From IMG/VR virus record IMGVR_UViG_2690315925_000005: 64,000 nucleotides of DNA. One strand, given 5' to 3'. Below the pieces are notes generated by a model, which worked only from the letters and a program-made list of their open reading frames with translations, searched no databases and was not told the origin of the DNA. The DNA is from an uncultured virus (IMG/VR IMGVR_UViG_2690315925_000005) (lineage: Duplodnaviria > Heunggongvirae > Uroviricota > Caudoviricetes). Positions 39,929-48,630 of the stretch are shown here, one piece after another (the stretch's first letter is position 1; each line of letters starts with the position of its first letter). A program made the translations under genes and the position numbers.

Positions 39929-40501
39929 ATGGTTGAGACCGTACTAGGCTTGACAGATCTACAGATCAAGTTGGTCACTGCAGCGGGGCAGCTGGCGCTG
40001 GCCGCGATGGTTGCGTATGTGGCATGGCAGCAGTGGCGCACGGCGCGCAACAAGCTCAAGGCAGACCTCTTTGATCGTCGTTTGGCTCTGATGAAATCAC
40101 TGCAGGCATGCGCCGACAAAACGTATCTCGACAATCTCACCGATGCAGAGCTGGCGGCACTACCAGGGCTGGCGAAAGAGGCTGGGTATCTTTTCGGGAA
40201 GCCGGTGCGTACCGCTGCCTATGGGCTAAGTGAGGCGCTGCATGCGCGACACCGAAGCAAAGTGGCAATCGTCGAGGCCAGGGCTCTGCTCCGCACTCAG
40301 TGGGACGCTCTCGGTTTCATGTCAGCATTGCCACATGATCGGATAAGCAATGAGGTCGAGCTCCTTGAGACGCGAATTGCTGAGACAGAGTCTAGGATCA
40401 AGGCACACGAGAATGAACTGATCACCACCACAGGCGCGCTTTCGGGGTTGCTAATCACGCTGCAGATTGCGGCCTCTGATGCGCTTACGTTGAAGCATTA
40501 A
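39929..40501 (+). CDS. Membrane-anchored moron protein
   Basis: TM then AWQQWRTARNKLKADLFDRR; GGAGG SD; extended -10 TGTGATAAT at 39893. Confidence 0.8.
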   Translation: MVETVLGLTDLQIKLVTAAGQLALAAMVAYVAWQQWRTARNKLKADLFDRRLALMKSLQACADKTYLDNLTDAELAALPGLAKEAGYLFGKPVRTAAYGLSEALHARHRSKVAIVEARALLRTQWDALGFMSALPHDRISNEVELLETRIAETESRIKAHENELITTTGALSGLLITLQIAASDALTLKH

Positions 40502-40504
40502 CTG

Positions 40505-41479
40505 CTAGGGATGCCGGCCAGCTGCATCGCACTCTTCCGCGCGGTCACGCAAGGGCTGACCGAACCACAGCGCCTTCCGAAACCCCTTCCTGCCACCGTG
40601 AAGCGCTTCATGCAGGACTGCACTGGCACACTTGTGCGCCTTGATGTAGTTGCCCTTGCGCATCTTCGCGGACTTGGCCAAGCCGGCGAACGGCTGCCGC
40701 CGTTCTGGCCAAACCAGTTCATGGGCTGCGTCATAGATCACCAGGCGAAGGCGCCACCGATCGGCCGGCTTTCCGAGATCCAGCGGCCGCGGGCGCATTG
40801 CGCGCACGTCCTTGGCCACCTGCCGGTAGGCAGCAAGGGATAGCCTAGCGATCGCCGCTGGGCCCATGCGCGTCGCCACCGCGAGGGCGGTGTGCTTCTC
40901 GAGTGGGTTGCGCATGTAGCCGACCGCGCCGGCGATGTCGCTGCTCCCCAGCGGCGCCAATGTGCTGCGCCCCTCAACTGGCATGCGGTAGCTCCCGCCG
41001 ACCAGCAGTCGCGACAGCAGCTCCAGGACGTCGCCCTTGCCCTCGTCGTCGAATCCATCCGGAGCTGCGCCCCGGCGCCGCTTGCCTGCACTGTCGTCGC
41101 CCGCCGTAGCAAGCACCGGCGCACGTCGACACCAGGCATCCAGCGCCGCGGCAAGAGCGCCGGCGGGATCCGGACCAACGAACACGGCTGAGGATGCCCC
41201 GCAGCTGCAGCACTGGATCTGTGCGCCCCTCGGGAACAGACCAGTCGGGGCGGTACCACAGCGGCCACACTGGACCGGCGCGCTGATGTCGAAGATGGCT
41301 CCACGTGGCCCGCAGTGCCGGCACTGGAGCTGTACCAGCTGCGACTCGCGGCCAGGCCAGCACACCCTCGCCTTGCCGTTGCAGTTGGCGCAGGAGGGGA
41401 TCTTCTTCCCCTTGAGGAAAGCCACCTCGAGGTCGCGCGCGGCTGCGAGCGCGTTGGTACCGACTGCAGTTTCGTTCAT
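40505..41479 (-). CDS. Putative late-gene regulator (four CxxC motifs plus Q-like C-terminal domain)
   Basis: Last gene of the cro operon before the late promoter region; DIAGAVG motif and C-terminal HTH-like segment. Confidence 0.55.
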   Translation of the reverse strand: MNETAVGTNALAAARDLEVAFLKGKKIPSCANCNGKARVCWPGRESQLVQLQCRHCGPRGAIFDISAPVQCGRCGTAPTGLFPRGAQIQCCSCGASSAVFVGPDPAGALAAALDAWCRRAPVLATAGDDSAGKRRRGAAPDGFDDEGKGDVLELLSRLLVGGSYRMPVEGRSTLAPLGSSDIAGAVGYMRNPLEKHTALAVATRMGPAAIARLSLAAYRQVAKDVRAMRPRPLDLGKPADRWRLRLVIYDAAHELVWPERRQPFAGLAKSAKMRKGNYIKAHKCASAVLHEALHGGRKGFRKALWFGQPLRDRAEECDAAGRHP

Positions 41480-42303
41480 GACGTCTGTTCCTGGGTCTTC
41501 TTTGCTGCCGCTGCAGCGCGCGCGGCGCGCGCCTGGGCCAGTACCTGAGCGTAGGCCTCGGGGTGCTGGTCCTCGAAAGCCGGGAGTCTCCCGCGCGCCC
41601 ACATCCCCTCGCCCAGTTGCCTCAGCCACCCATCGGAAGCACAGAAGCGGCGCGGATCCACGCCATGGGCCCGGACACCCTTCGCCGTCGTGAAACCATC
41701 GAGCTCGAGATCGGCCAACACCTTGAGAGCGCCCACCTTCCAGGGAGTCAACTGCAGCGGCGCCGGCACGCCCGCGGCAACTTTCGGCACAAACTCAGGC
41801 AATTCACAGCGCTTGGTTGGGTTCCAGTCGAACCATGCTGTAGGTCCCCACTCGCGGAGATCGCCGGATGCGCGATCCCATGGGGCGGCCTGATGCAGGC
41901 CATGCCGATGCACCTCGCGCTGAACCTGCTGCCCAGGCTCCGTCTTCCAACGGGCAGTACAGCTGTCCGGGACCAGAACCTGCACGCCCAGCGCATCGAG
42001 CATCCGTGCAATGCCGTAGTTCGCCGCTGTCGTGCACGGAACCAGCACCGCCCTGAAGTCTGGCCCCCGCTGGTCGCCGTTGCTCCAGTGCGCCGGCAGG
42101 ATCTGATCGGCCACTTTGGCGTTGAGCTGCAGCTTCGCCTCGATGCCGAGCTGATGCCCAGTCGCCTTCCACACAGCCAGAATGTCGAAGCCGGCTGTCT
42201 CGGGGTAGATCTCCCAGCCGCCGGCCTCGGTCAGACAGTCGATCAGGCACGTGCACAGGGCAGCCTCCGTCGGGAACCGCGCCTTGAGCTCTGCAGGCTT
42301 CAT
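41476..42303 (-). CDS. PD-(D/E)xK-like hypothetical protein
   Basis: YPETAGFDILAV..GIEAKL. Confidence 0.6.
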   Translation of the reverse strand: MKPAELKARFPTEAALCTCLIDCLTEAGGWEIYPETAGFDILAVWKATGHQLGIEAKLQLNAKVADQILPAHWSNGDQRGPDFRAVLVPCTTAANYGIARMLDALGVQVLVPDSCTARWKTEPGQQVQREVHRHGLHQAAPWDRASGDLREWGPTAWFDWNPTKRCELPEFVPKVAAGVPAPLQLTPWKVGALKVLADLELDGFTTAKGVRAHGVDPRRFCASDGWLRQLGEGMWARGRLPAFEDQHPEAYAQVLAQARAARAAAAAKKTQEQTS

Positions 42304-42638
42304 TGACCCTTCCTCGCGAAGGCCTTGGCCATGCCGTCGTACTTGACGATATCGGTGACCAGTTGGGAGTCCTGAGCGGCGCGAGCGGCCCGCTCAGCCT
42401 CGCAGGCCGGCACCGGCAGCGCGCGGAGATCTGCGAGCTTGGCTCGTGCCTGATGGACCTTGTCCTCGGCCCAGAGCGCCTTGGTCGCGAATGGCCGCTC
42501 CTTCGCGGGGCGGGCGACCTTGGGCGGCCCTGCCGTCGAACAACGGCGCTCGATCTCCCTCAGCAGATCGGTGGTGGCCACCGTACTGAGATCGACTCGG
42601 GTGCCCGCCGTGTGACCGCTGGATCTCCAGCCGCTCAT
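42300..42638 (-). CDS. Phage hypothetical protein
   Basis: ATGA overlaps on both sides. Confidence 0.65.
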   Translation of the reverse strand: MSGWRSSGHTAGTRVDLSTVATTDLLREIERRCSTAGPPKVARPAKERPFATKALWAEDKVHQARAKLADLRALPVPACEAERAARAAQDSQLVTDIVKYDGMAKAFARKGQ

Positions 42639-43066
42639 GCCAGCAGCACCTTGATCGGATAGTGATGCTCAACTTCACGCTTCTTGATGCGGAATTCCTT
42701 CGTCTCCCGCCCCTTCACGTCCACGAAATCGACACTGCCGTCGCGCAGGAACACCAGGAAGTCCAGGACGTACTTGGTGCCGCCTGGCAGGTGCATGGGT
42801 ACTTGGCGCAACCAGAAGTGCACCTCACCGGCTTGCTGCCGCAGCTTCAGCTGCTCGTAGTAGCGCGCCTCGCGTTTGGAGTCGAAGCGGATCCCGTCCA
42901 CGGTGGTGATCACGTTGCCGTACTTCGGCCGCTTCTCCACTGGTGCGGGCTGGTGGTGCTCAACTGGCCCGCGATGGGGTACACCTTGGCCAGCCTTGTG
43001 CACCAGCTGCTGCATGCCCTGCGGCATGTCCTCGATGCGGTTGTAGCGAAGGCCCCGGTTACTCAT
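42635..43066 (-). CDS. DUF1064-like endonuclease
   Basis: KYGNVITTVDGIRFDSKREARYY..YVLDF..VDVKG. Confidence 0.8.
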   Translation of the reverse strand: MSNRGLRYNRIEDMPQGMQQLVHKAGQGVPHRGPVEHHQPAPVEKRPKYGNVITTVDGIRFDSKREARYYEQLKLRQQAGEVHFWLRQVPMHLPGGTKYVLDFLVFLRDGSVDFVDVKGRETKEFRIKKREVEHHYPIKVLLA

Positions 43067-43602
43067 TGGCCACCGTCCTGCGGCAGACCCAGCAACCGTG
43101 CAGCGCGCGCCTCGAACGCCTCCATCTGGCTCCGAACCCTGAGCTCGAATGCAGCATGTTCCTTGGTCACGTCCGCCAGCAGTGCGGCGCACTCGGCCTG
43201 CAGGAATGCTAGGCGCTGATCCATGGTGATCTGACGGAGCTGGGTGCCCTGCCCGGCCGCCATTGGGGCACCCACTGGTGCTGCTGCAATGCGTCCCGGT
43301 GCGGTTGGTTGAGACACCTGTGCGTGGCCAGCAGCGGCCGACCAGGTCGGCTCGGCGCGACCGTAGCGGCGATTGGCCTTGTCCTCGCCCTGGATGACCA
43401 GCTGCTCGCCGAGCATGCCGCGAAGGATGCCGGCGACCGCGGCCGGAGTGATGGCAGCGCATTCCCTGGGATGGCCCATGGCCAAGGCCAGGGTCGTCAT
43501 GCCCTCGTGCACTTCCGAAGCGGTCATCGGCTCACTCGCCTGCTGCAGGGCGTACAGCACCTGTTGCCGGTGATAGATGCGCAGCTGGTCCTGGTCGATC
43601 AT
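43063..43602 (-). CDS. Phage hypothetical protein (wHTH-like)
   Basis: ATGA overlaps on both sides. Confidence 0.65.
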   Translation of the reverse strand: MIDQDQLRIYHRQQVLYALQQASEPMTASEVHEGMTTLALAMGHPRECAAITPAAVAGILRGMLGEQLVIQGEDKANRRYGRAEPTWSAAAGHAQVSQPTAPGRIAAAPVGAPMAAGQGTQLRQITMDQRLAFLQAECAALLADVTKEHAAFELRVRSQMEAFEARAARLLGLPQDGGQ

Positions 43603-44300
43603 CGGTCCAATCCTGCTGCTGCCATCTTGCCCGTCGCCGGCGGGTGGTCGTCATTGCCGGACTCCGCGGCGCCGCTACCGAAGATCTCCGCTATCTCGCG
43701 CTCCGCACGGCGCAACGCTTCAGGGCTGGCCGCTACCGGTGGGTACGCCGCAGCCTGACCCAGCACGGCCACAGGCTCTTCCGGCAACCTCCCGCCACGC
43801 ATCACGTATTCGCGGGCCTGGTCATAGGCCTCGCGCAACAGGCGATCGCTCTTGTCGGCGCTCGAGGTCCGGTACCGGTGGCCATCCAGGTACTGCCATA
43901 CCAGGCGCGTGAACCCGTCTCGGCGGCCGGTGTCGTTGCGTACTGCAGCGAAACTCGGCACACCGAGGCAACGTAGACGGAATTCCGGCAGGGTCGGTGG
44001 CCACGGATCAGCCGAGGCGATGCTCGACCCCAGGCCGGCGGCCAGCTGCTCACCGGTGAGGCCGGCAAGGCCTTTTGCCCAGGTCGCCGCAGCGCCGCCG
44101 CTGGGATCCTCGCCGTAGGCGCTGGTCCAGCGGTAGCCATAGATCTCAGCCATGCGCACCCACAGCGTTCGCGTAGCCCGGGCCGTCAAGGGCGCCTGCT
44201 GCGCCGGCGGCTGCGTCTGCCTCTGCAGCGGCGTCACGGAGCTCGTCTTCTTCTGCTCGACGTCGGACTCGTTCGGCAGCAGAGCCTGAATTGTTGGCAT
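43599..44300 (-). CDS. Replication protein P-like (putative helicase loader)
   Basis: LWVRMAEIYGYRWTSAYG..WPPTLPEFRLRC. Confidence 0.7.
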   Translation of the reverse strand: MPTIQALLPNESDVEQKKTSSVTPLQRQTQPPAQQAPLTARATRTLWVRMAEIYGYRWTSAYGEDPSGGAAATWAKGLAGLTGEQLAAGLGSSIASADPWPPTLPEFRLRCLGVPSFAAVRNDTGRRDGFTRLVWQYLDGHRYRTSSADKSDRLLREAYDQAREYVMRGGRLPEEPVAVLGQAAAYPPVAASPEALRRAEREIAEIFGSGAAESGNDDHPPATGKMAAAGLDR

Positions 44301-45192
44301 GGTCGGTCCCCTCGGGTTTCGGTGTTACGGGCAGTGCCAGGCCTGCAGCCATCGTCTGGCGCAGGGAGCGGTTGAGGTCGTGGCCATCGGCCGTGAGCTG
44401 GCGGAATCGCGGCTGCAGCTCCAGCCAGCTGCTGATCGTCATCGGCTTTCCCAGCACACGGCGATGACGCACGAACCTGGCCAGGACTTGCGGGTCCAGA
44501 CCCGCCGGCAAACGTGGGATGCCCATCAGCTCGCGATTGACCTCGTCGGCGGTGAGCTGCGGCATCGCCGCATCGTCGTCGCGCGCCTGCGCGTTTGACG
44601 ATTCAATGACCTTTACTGACCTTTCATGACCTTTAGGGTCCGTCTCGCGGACCGGTTGAGTACGCGAGACGGACCGGTCAGGTCCGCCAGACGTACCGGT
44701 CGAGTTCGCGAGACGCACCGGTCGTTCTTGCGTACCGGTATCTCCCGCGTACCGGTCGGCGCCTTCAGTCTCTTCCGACCCGTCCGTGACGCGCACCGGT
44801 TCGGCATCCACACCGGTACTCGTGGCGGACCGGTCAACCCCTTCGCCGCTCTCGGACCGGTCCGTCTGGCGCACCGGTTTGGACGCGCGCCGCGGCTTCG
44901 ATGCGAACACTTCGGGGTCCAGGCGGCCAAGGTTGAGGCTGTACCGGTTGCTGTACTTGGTGCCGCCGGCATCACTGCCGCCACGTCGAATGGTCAGCAC
45001 CTGGTTGTCTTCCAGCCACGCGATCGCGCTGAGCAGTGCTGTCTTGCTCAGGCAGGTCTTCTCGATCAATGTGGTGAAGCCCGGGAAAGCCATTCCGAAG
45101 TCGTCTGCGTGCCACGCGATCGCCATCAGCACCGCCTTTGCGGGCGGCGGCATCTGCAGTGGCCAGCAGAGCTTCGTGATTTCGTTGCTCAT
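44146..45192 (-). CDS. Replication initiator (O-like, N-terminal HTH)
   Basis: AKAVLMAIAWHADDFG.AFPG..L; internal iteron array. Confidence 0.8.
   Translation of the reverse strand: MSNEITKLCWPLQMPPPAKAVLMAIAWHADDFGMAFPGFTTLIEKTCLSKTALLSAIAWLEDNQVLTIRRGGSDAGGTKYSNRYSLNLGRLDPEVFASKPRRASKPVRQTDRSESGEGVDRSATSTGVDAEPVRVTDGSEETEGADRYAGDTGTQERPVRLANSTGTSGGPDRSVSRTQPVRETDPKGHERSVKVIESSNAQARDDDAAMPQLTADEVNRELMGIPRLPAGLDPQVLARFVRHRRVLGKPMTISSWLELQPRFRQLTADGHDLNRSLRQTMAAGLALPVTPKPEGTDHANNSGSAAERVRRRAEEDELRDAAAEADAAAGAAGALDGPGYANAVGAHG
44651..44878. repeat. Iteron array, probable phage origin
   Basis: 11 perfect ACCGGT plus one ACCCGT at 17/22/27-bp spacing. Confidence 0.8.
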
Positions 45193-45209
45193 TACGCAGG
45201 CCTATCCCG

Positions 45210-45734
45210 TTACGGGCAGCCCACCACGACGACGGGGTTTGCCCTGCCAGGCGCGCTCCATTCGTTGGGGCTGCTGAACTGCGCGCGACCCTGTCCATGG
45301 ACGACACCCTGGCGCGGCTCCGGCGCGGGCGTGCTGAGGCGTTCTAACTGGCTCGCAACGCGCTCGGAGGCAGCCGCGCATTGCGCCTGCACGTCGAGCA
45401 GCTGCTGCATCAACGCCTGCCGGCGATGCTCGGTGGGAATGGGACGGACCTCATAGCCGAGATCTGCGGCCATGGCCAGGAAGAGCTGGTGCCGGCCAAA
45501 GCGGCGCATCAGCGCCCACAGCTCACCGATCTTGAAGAACTCGGCCTTGTTGGGGTTGAGGCAGCTGTTGAACTTGGCCACAGCGCTGGCCCAGTCCTTC
45601 AGCTTCTCCTGATCCCAGAAGCCGTTGTCCAGCAGGAACTGGATCATTTCATTGCGGGTATGGGCATCGACGTCGCAGGTGGCCTTCAGGGCCGCCAGGG
45701 CGTCCTGCAGCCAGGTTTCTTCGATCCAGGGCAT
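45210..45734 (-). CDS. CII-like regulatory protein
   Basis: GAGGA SD; NSCLNPNKAEFFKIGELWALM..LFLAMAADLGYE; lies between cro region and O-like gene. Confidence 0.6.
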   Translation of the reverse strand: MPWIEETWLQDALAALKATCDVDAHTRNEMIQFLLDNGFWDQEKLKDWASAVAKFNSCLNPNKAEFFKIGELWALMRRFGRHQLFLAMAADLGYEVRPIPTEHRRQALMQQLLDVQAQCAAASERVASQLERLSTPAPEPRQGVVHGQGRAQFSSPNEWSAPGRANPVVVVGCP

Positions 45735-45815
45735 GGGAGTCCTCGGGGTTTGGGCGGGTCCTCCGGCTGGCAGAATGGCGGTGCGACCCAACCCAACCAC
45801 CACCTGGAGAGACCC

Positions 45816-46136
45816 ATGGATGCAATTGCGGAACTGGAACTGCGGCAGCTGCTGGCGGGCTGCCAGGCTCAAATCAAGGCGTTGCACGAGCAACTGGAAA
45901 TCACCGCCGGCAGTGCACTGGCGACAAACGTCGCCCTGCATGGGCTCATTTCGGTCCTTCCAGATCTCGACCTCGCAGGAAGAGCGCTCGCAACCGTGCG
46001 ACGAGACTTCGAAGGCGCATCGGACCCCGCGACCGCTGAGCGGGCGATGTCGTTCGAGGCGACTTTTGACAACCTGCAGAAGACCATCGAGAACCGGAAG
46101 GCCGTGCTGGCGCGTCAGGCTCAATCTCTCCGCTGA
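45816..46136 (+). CDS. Antisense cassette gene A1 (106 aa, helical)
   Basis: Motif CCTCCGGCTGGCAGAAT at 45760, CCAACCAC leader, GGAGA SD. Confidence 0.75.
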   Translation: MDAIAELELRQLLAGCQAQIKALHEQLEITAGSALATNVALHGLISVLPDLDLAGRALATVRRDFEGASDPATAERAMSFEATFDNLQKTIENRKAVLARQAQSLR

Positions 46137-46215
46137 AGCAGAAGCCCGGCCGCTGCTCGGCGGCCGGGTGATCTACGCCGGCGGCGAAGCTCGGCTTTTC
46201 AGATTCGTCAGTCAT
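45946..46215 (-). CDS. Lytic-strand partner ORF B1
   Basis: GGAG SD; ATGA-coupled at both ends; 191-nt 3' overlap with A1. Confidence 0.5.
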   Translation of the reverse strand: MTDESEKPSFAAGVDHPAAEQRPGFCFSGEIEPDAPARPSGSRWSSAGCQKSPRTTSPAQRSRGPMRLRSLVARLRALFLRGRDLEGPK

Positions 46216-46296
46216 TCAGCGCTCCGTAGGTGCTGGGTACGCATCTGTGTTGGTCGGCTGGCAGAATCGGCGTTCCCCCAGTAATTGACGTTCCTC

Positions 46297-46638
46297 ATGA
46301 CCCCATCCGAACTCGAAGCCCGATTCGCCCAATACGACGAACGAATCGCCGCGTTGGAGGCTGAAAAACAGGCGAACAGCTGGTTCACGCTGGCCGTCAT
46401 TGGCAGTCATCCCGACACAGAGATGCTGCTGGAGGTAGTTCGCGCCGCCATCCAAACACTGCGCGGCAAAACCTCGCCCGAAGCCCCGGCCGGCGTGGCC
46501 GCTGCAACCGTGCTTCGCCTGTTGGAGATCGAGCGTCAGATCCTGAAGGCGCAGCAGAGCCGACAGGAGCTGGCGGAAGCGGCGGAGGCGGAGCGGCTGT
46601 TGGAACAGCAACGCGCTGGATCTGAGCAGGAACACTAG
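46297..46638 (+). CDS. Antisense cassette gene A2 (113 aa, helical)
   Basis: Motif TCGGCTGGCAGAAT at 46254; protein-like composition; weak SD. Confidence 0.7.
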   Translation: MTPSELEARFAQYDERIAALEAEKQANSWFTLAVIGSHPDTEMLLEVVRAAIQTLRGKTSPEAPAGVAAATVLRLLEIERQILKAQQSRQELAEAAEAERLLEQQRAGSEQEH

Positions 46639-46747
46639 AAGCTGGCTGCCGCTGCTCCAGCGCGCGCACCCGGCGCTCAAGCGCGCCGATGCGCTGCAGC
46701 GCCGCGGTCATGACCGTCGGAGTCGATTGGGGCAGGCCCTTAGTCAT
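46397..46747 (-). CDS. Lytic-strand partner ORF B2
   Basis: AAAGGAG SD; coiled coil RIGALERRVRALEQ; 242-nt overlap with A2. Confidence 0.6.
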   Translation of the reverse strand: MTKGLPQSTPTVMTAALQRIGALERRVRALEQRQPASSVPAQIQRVAVPTAAPPPPLPPAPVGSAAPSGSDARSPTGEARLQRPRRPGLRARFCRAVFGWRRELPPAASLCRDDCQ

Positions 46748-46843
46748 GGGCGACTCCTTTCTCCACAACCGATGCTGGCAGTGGCGGCGATCTCCGGGCA
46801 GGCTTGGTGGTACCACCCAACCACACCAACCACGGAGATCACC

Positions 46844-47197
46844 ATGGAAGCGAGCACTCGCTTGGACACCCTCGAGAGGGCCGTTATCGCGCTGCAGACC
46901 CAGAACTCGCAGATCGTTGCTTCTTTGACGGACGTCACCGAAGCCATCAACATCGCGTTCAAGGACCTGTACCTGAGCGAGCAGAAGAAGGACGGCATGT
47001 GGGCTGCCCAGCGCGCCATCATCGAGTCCCTCCTGGCGCACGCCGACGCAGCCACGCGTCAATATGCGCAAGCAAAGCTGCAAGTCGCATACGAGGTGTG
47101 GGACGCGAAGAACCGGGATCCCGAATTCCTTGAAGAGTTTGCGGCGGCCGCGCGTTCAGTATTTCCTGACATTCGGCTAGAGCCCGCCGCTGAGTAA
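46844..47197 (+). CDS. Antisense cassette gene A3 (117 aa, helical)
   Basis: Motif CTCCGGGCAGGCT at 46792, CCAACCAC twice, GGAGA SD. Confidence 0.75.
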   Translation: MEASTRLDTLERAVIALQTQNSQIVASLTDVTEAINIAFKDLYLSEQKKDGMWAAQRAIIESLLAHADAATRQYAQAKLQVAYEVWDAKNRDPEFLEEFAAAARSVFPDIRLEPAAE

Positions 47198-47408
47198 GCA
47201 GCTGCAAACCCTGGTCTTCCAGTGCCGCGATGCCTGCATGGACTTGGGCCATCGCGGTGTCAAACGGCTCGGTGTCGAATTGTTGGTAGAACGCGACCTG
47301 GGCCTCCAGCTCGCGGACCCTCTGCCGCAGCGCGCGCAGCTCCCTGCGATCCCGGCCGTGGCCTCGATCCTCCCCTTCGCGAGGATTGCTGAGGTGTCGA
47401 CGGGCCAT
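47019..47408 (-). CDS. Lytic-strand partner ORF B3
   Basis: GGAG SD; coiled coil ELRALRQRVRELEAQ; 179-nt overlap with A3. Confidence 0.6.
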   Translation of the reverse strand: MARRHLSNPREGEDRGHGRDRRELRALRQRVRELEAQVAFYQQFDTEPFDTAMAQVHAGIAALEDQGLQLLTQRRALAECQEILNARPPQTLQGIRDPGSSRPTPRMRLAALLAHIDAWLRRRAPGGTR

Positions 47409-47489
47409 CAGCATTTACTCCAAGAGGCGGCGCCCTCCGGCTGGTAGGCTGGGATTTCCACACCACCAACCACGAACCGGAGAAGCGCC

Positions 47490-47867
47490 ATGGCATTGCC
47501 AGCTGACGTCCGCATAGACCAGCTGCACGAACTGCTGGGGGAACAGGAAAAGCAGCGCGAAGCGCTGAACATTCGAATCCACGACCTAGAGCGGATCCAA
47601 GCCGACCACGCAAAAGTCATCGAGCGACTGGTGTGGCTTTTGGATGGCGCGCGTGGAAAGACTGCGGTAATGGAAACCGTCATCCCTCTTCTCCTGGAAT
47701 CAAGCGATCAACGGACCCGGGATCGCGTACAGACGGCGCTGGAGCTGCGCTGGCGCCAGGACCGAGCTCTGGGCGCAGGTGCGACTCCCCGCTATGAGGC
47801 GAAGTTCGAGAAAGCAGCTCTCGAAGTTGCCCCGCAAGCATCGCTTCCCCGACAGCACAGTCGCTGA
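47490..47867 (+). CDS. Antisense cassette gene A4 (125 aa, helical)
   Basis: Motif CCTCCGGCTGGTAGGCT at 47434, CCAACCAC leader, GGAGA SD. Confidence 0.75.
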   Translation: MALPADVRIDQLHELLGEQEKQREALNIRIHDLERIQADHAKVIERLVWLLDGARGKTAVMETVIPLLLESSDQRTRDRVQTALELRWRQDRALGAGATPRYEAKFEKAALEVAPQASLPRQHSR

Positions 47868-48114
47868 TACCTGCAAGCGACTGGTCAAAGCGTTGCTGGG
47901 AAGCGGTGATTTCCTCCGACAGGCGAGTCCTGTCCGCCGCCTCGCGCTGCGCTCGAGCGCGGATGCGGGCAAGGACGGCCTGGTGGCGCTCCTCTGCCGC
48001 GGCTGTTTCCATTACGGTCTGCTTGTTCAGCCAGTTGCGGAGCCAGACCCGGGGGTTGAGGCGATCCGGAAGGTGCAGGGGCCAACGGCTGCCCCGAGGG
48101 GTCTCAGCGACCAT
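47680..48114 (-). CDS. Lytic-strand partner ORF B4
   Basis: GGAGG SD; helical N-terminal half; 188-nt overlap with A4. Confidence 0.6.
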   Translation of the reverse strand: MVAETPRGSRWPLHLPDRLNPRVWLRNWLNKQTVMETAAAEERHQAVLARIRARAQREAADRTRLSEEITASQQRFDQSLAGISDCAVGEAMLAGQLRELLSRTSPHSGESHLRPELGPGASAAPAPSVRDPGSVDRLIPGEEG

Positions 48115-48192
48115 AGCGGCCTCCCCACGTATGCCCAGCAATGGCTACCATTGGCCGTGCGGAATCCACCGCACAGTTCAAGGAACGTCGAA

Positions 48193-48333
48193 ATGGCAAA
48201 GAACGAACAGACCGGCAAGAAGGTCGCAACCACTGCGTCCAAGCTGTTGAGCAATCCGAGCTCATCGAAGGCAGTGAAGTCGGTCGCGGCATCCGCGCTG
48301 ACCCAGGCCCCGAACAAGCCGAAGAAGAAGTAA
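48193..48333 (+). CDS. Antisense cassette gene A5, 46-aa basic protein
   Basis: MAKNEQTGKKVATTASKLLSNPSSSKAVKSVAASALTQAPNKPKKK; AAGGA SD; TACCAT -10 at 48146. Confidence 0.7.
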   Translation: MAKNEQTGKKVATTASKLLSNPSSSKAVKSVAASALTQAPNKPKKK

Positions 48334-48339
48334 TCAGCG

Positions 48340-48630
48340 TCATTCCAAGGCCCTCAGCGCAATGAGGGCCTTGGTCGGAATCGTCATAGCGCCGCAGCGC
48401 TGAGGTTCCTTTTCCCTGGACCAGCTACCAGCCACCACCACCGCCTCGGCCGATGCAGCGACCAGCAGACCTGCCGACCGGCAGGCCAGCGGCGAGGCAT
48501 CCACGTCGCCGTGATGCCACCCATCGGCCCGGTGGGAGTCCACCCAGTCGGCCAAGACGACCCGCCCAACGAGAGCCTGATGCCCGTTGAGCTCCCCATC
48601 CTGAGGATTGGCAAGGCTTCGCGTGTCCAT
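48340..48630 (-). CDS. Phage hypothetical protein
   Basis: DWVDSH..GW..CRSAGLL..TIP; TGATG-coupled to cro. Confidence 0.7.
   Translation of the reverse strand: MDTRSLANPQDGELNGHQALVGRVVLADWVDSHRADGWHHGDVDASPLACRSAGLLVAASAEAVVVAGSWSREKEPQRCGAMTIPTKALIALRALE

Noticed and set aside
44651..44878. Possible CRISPR-like or Cas-associated array
   Set aside because: Repeat core only 6-8 bp, spacers too short, inside a CDS, no cas genes; iterons fit better.
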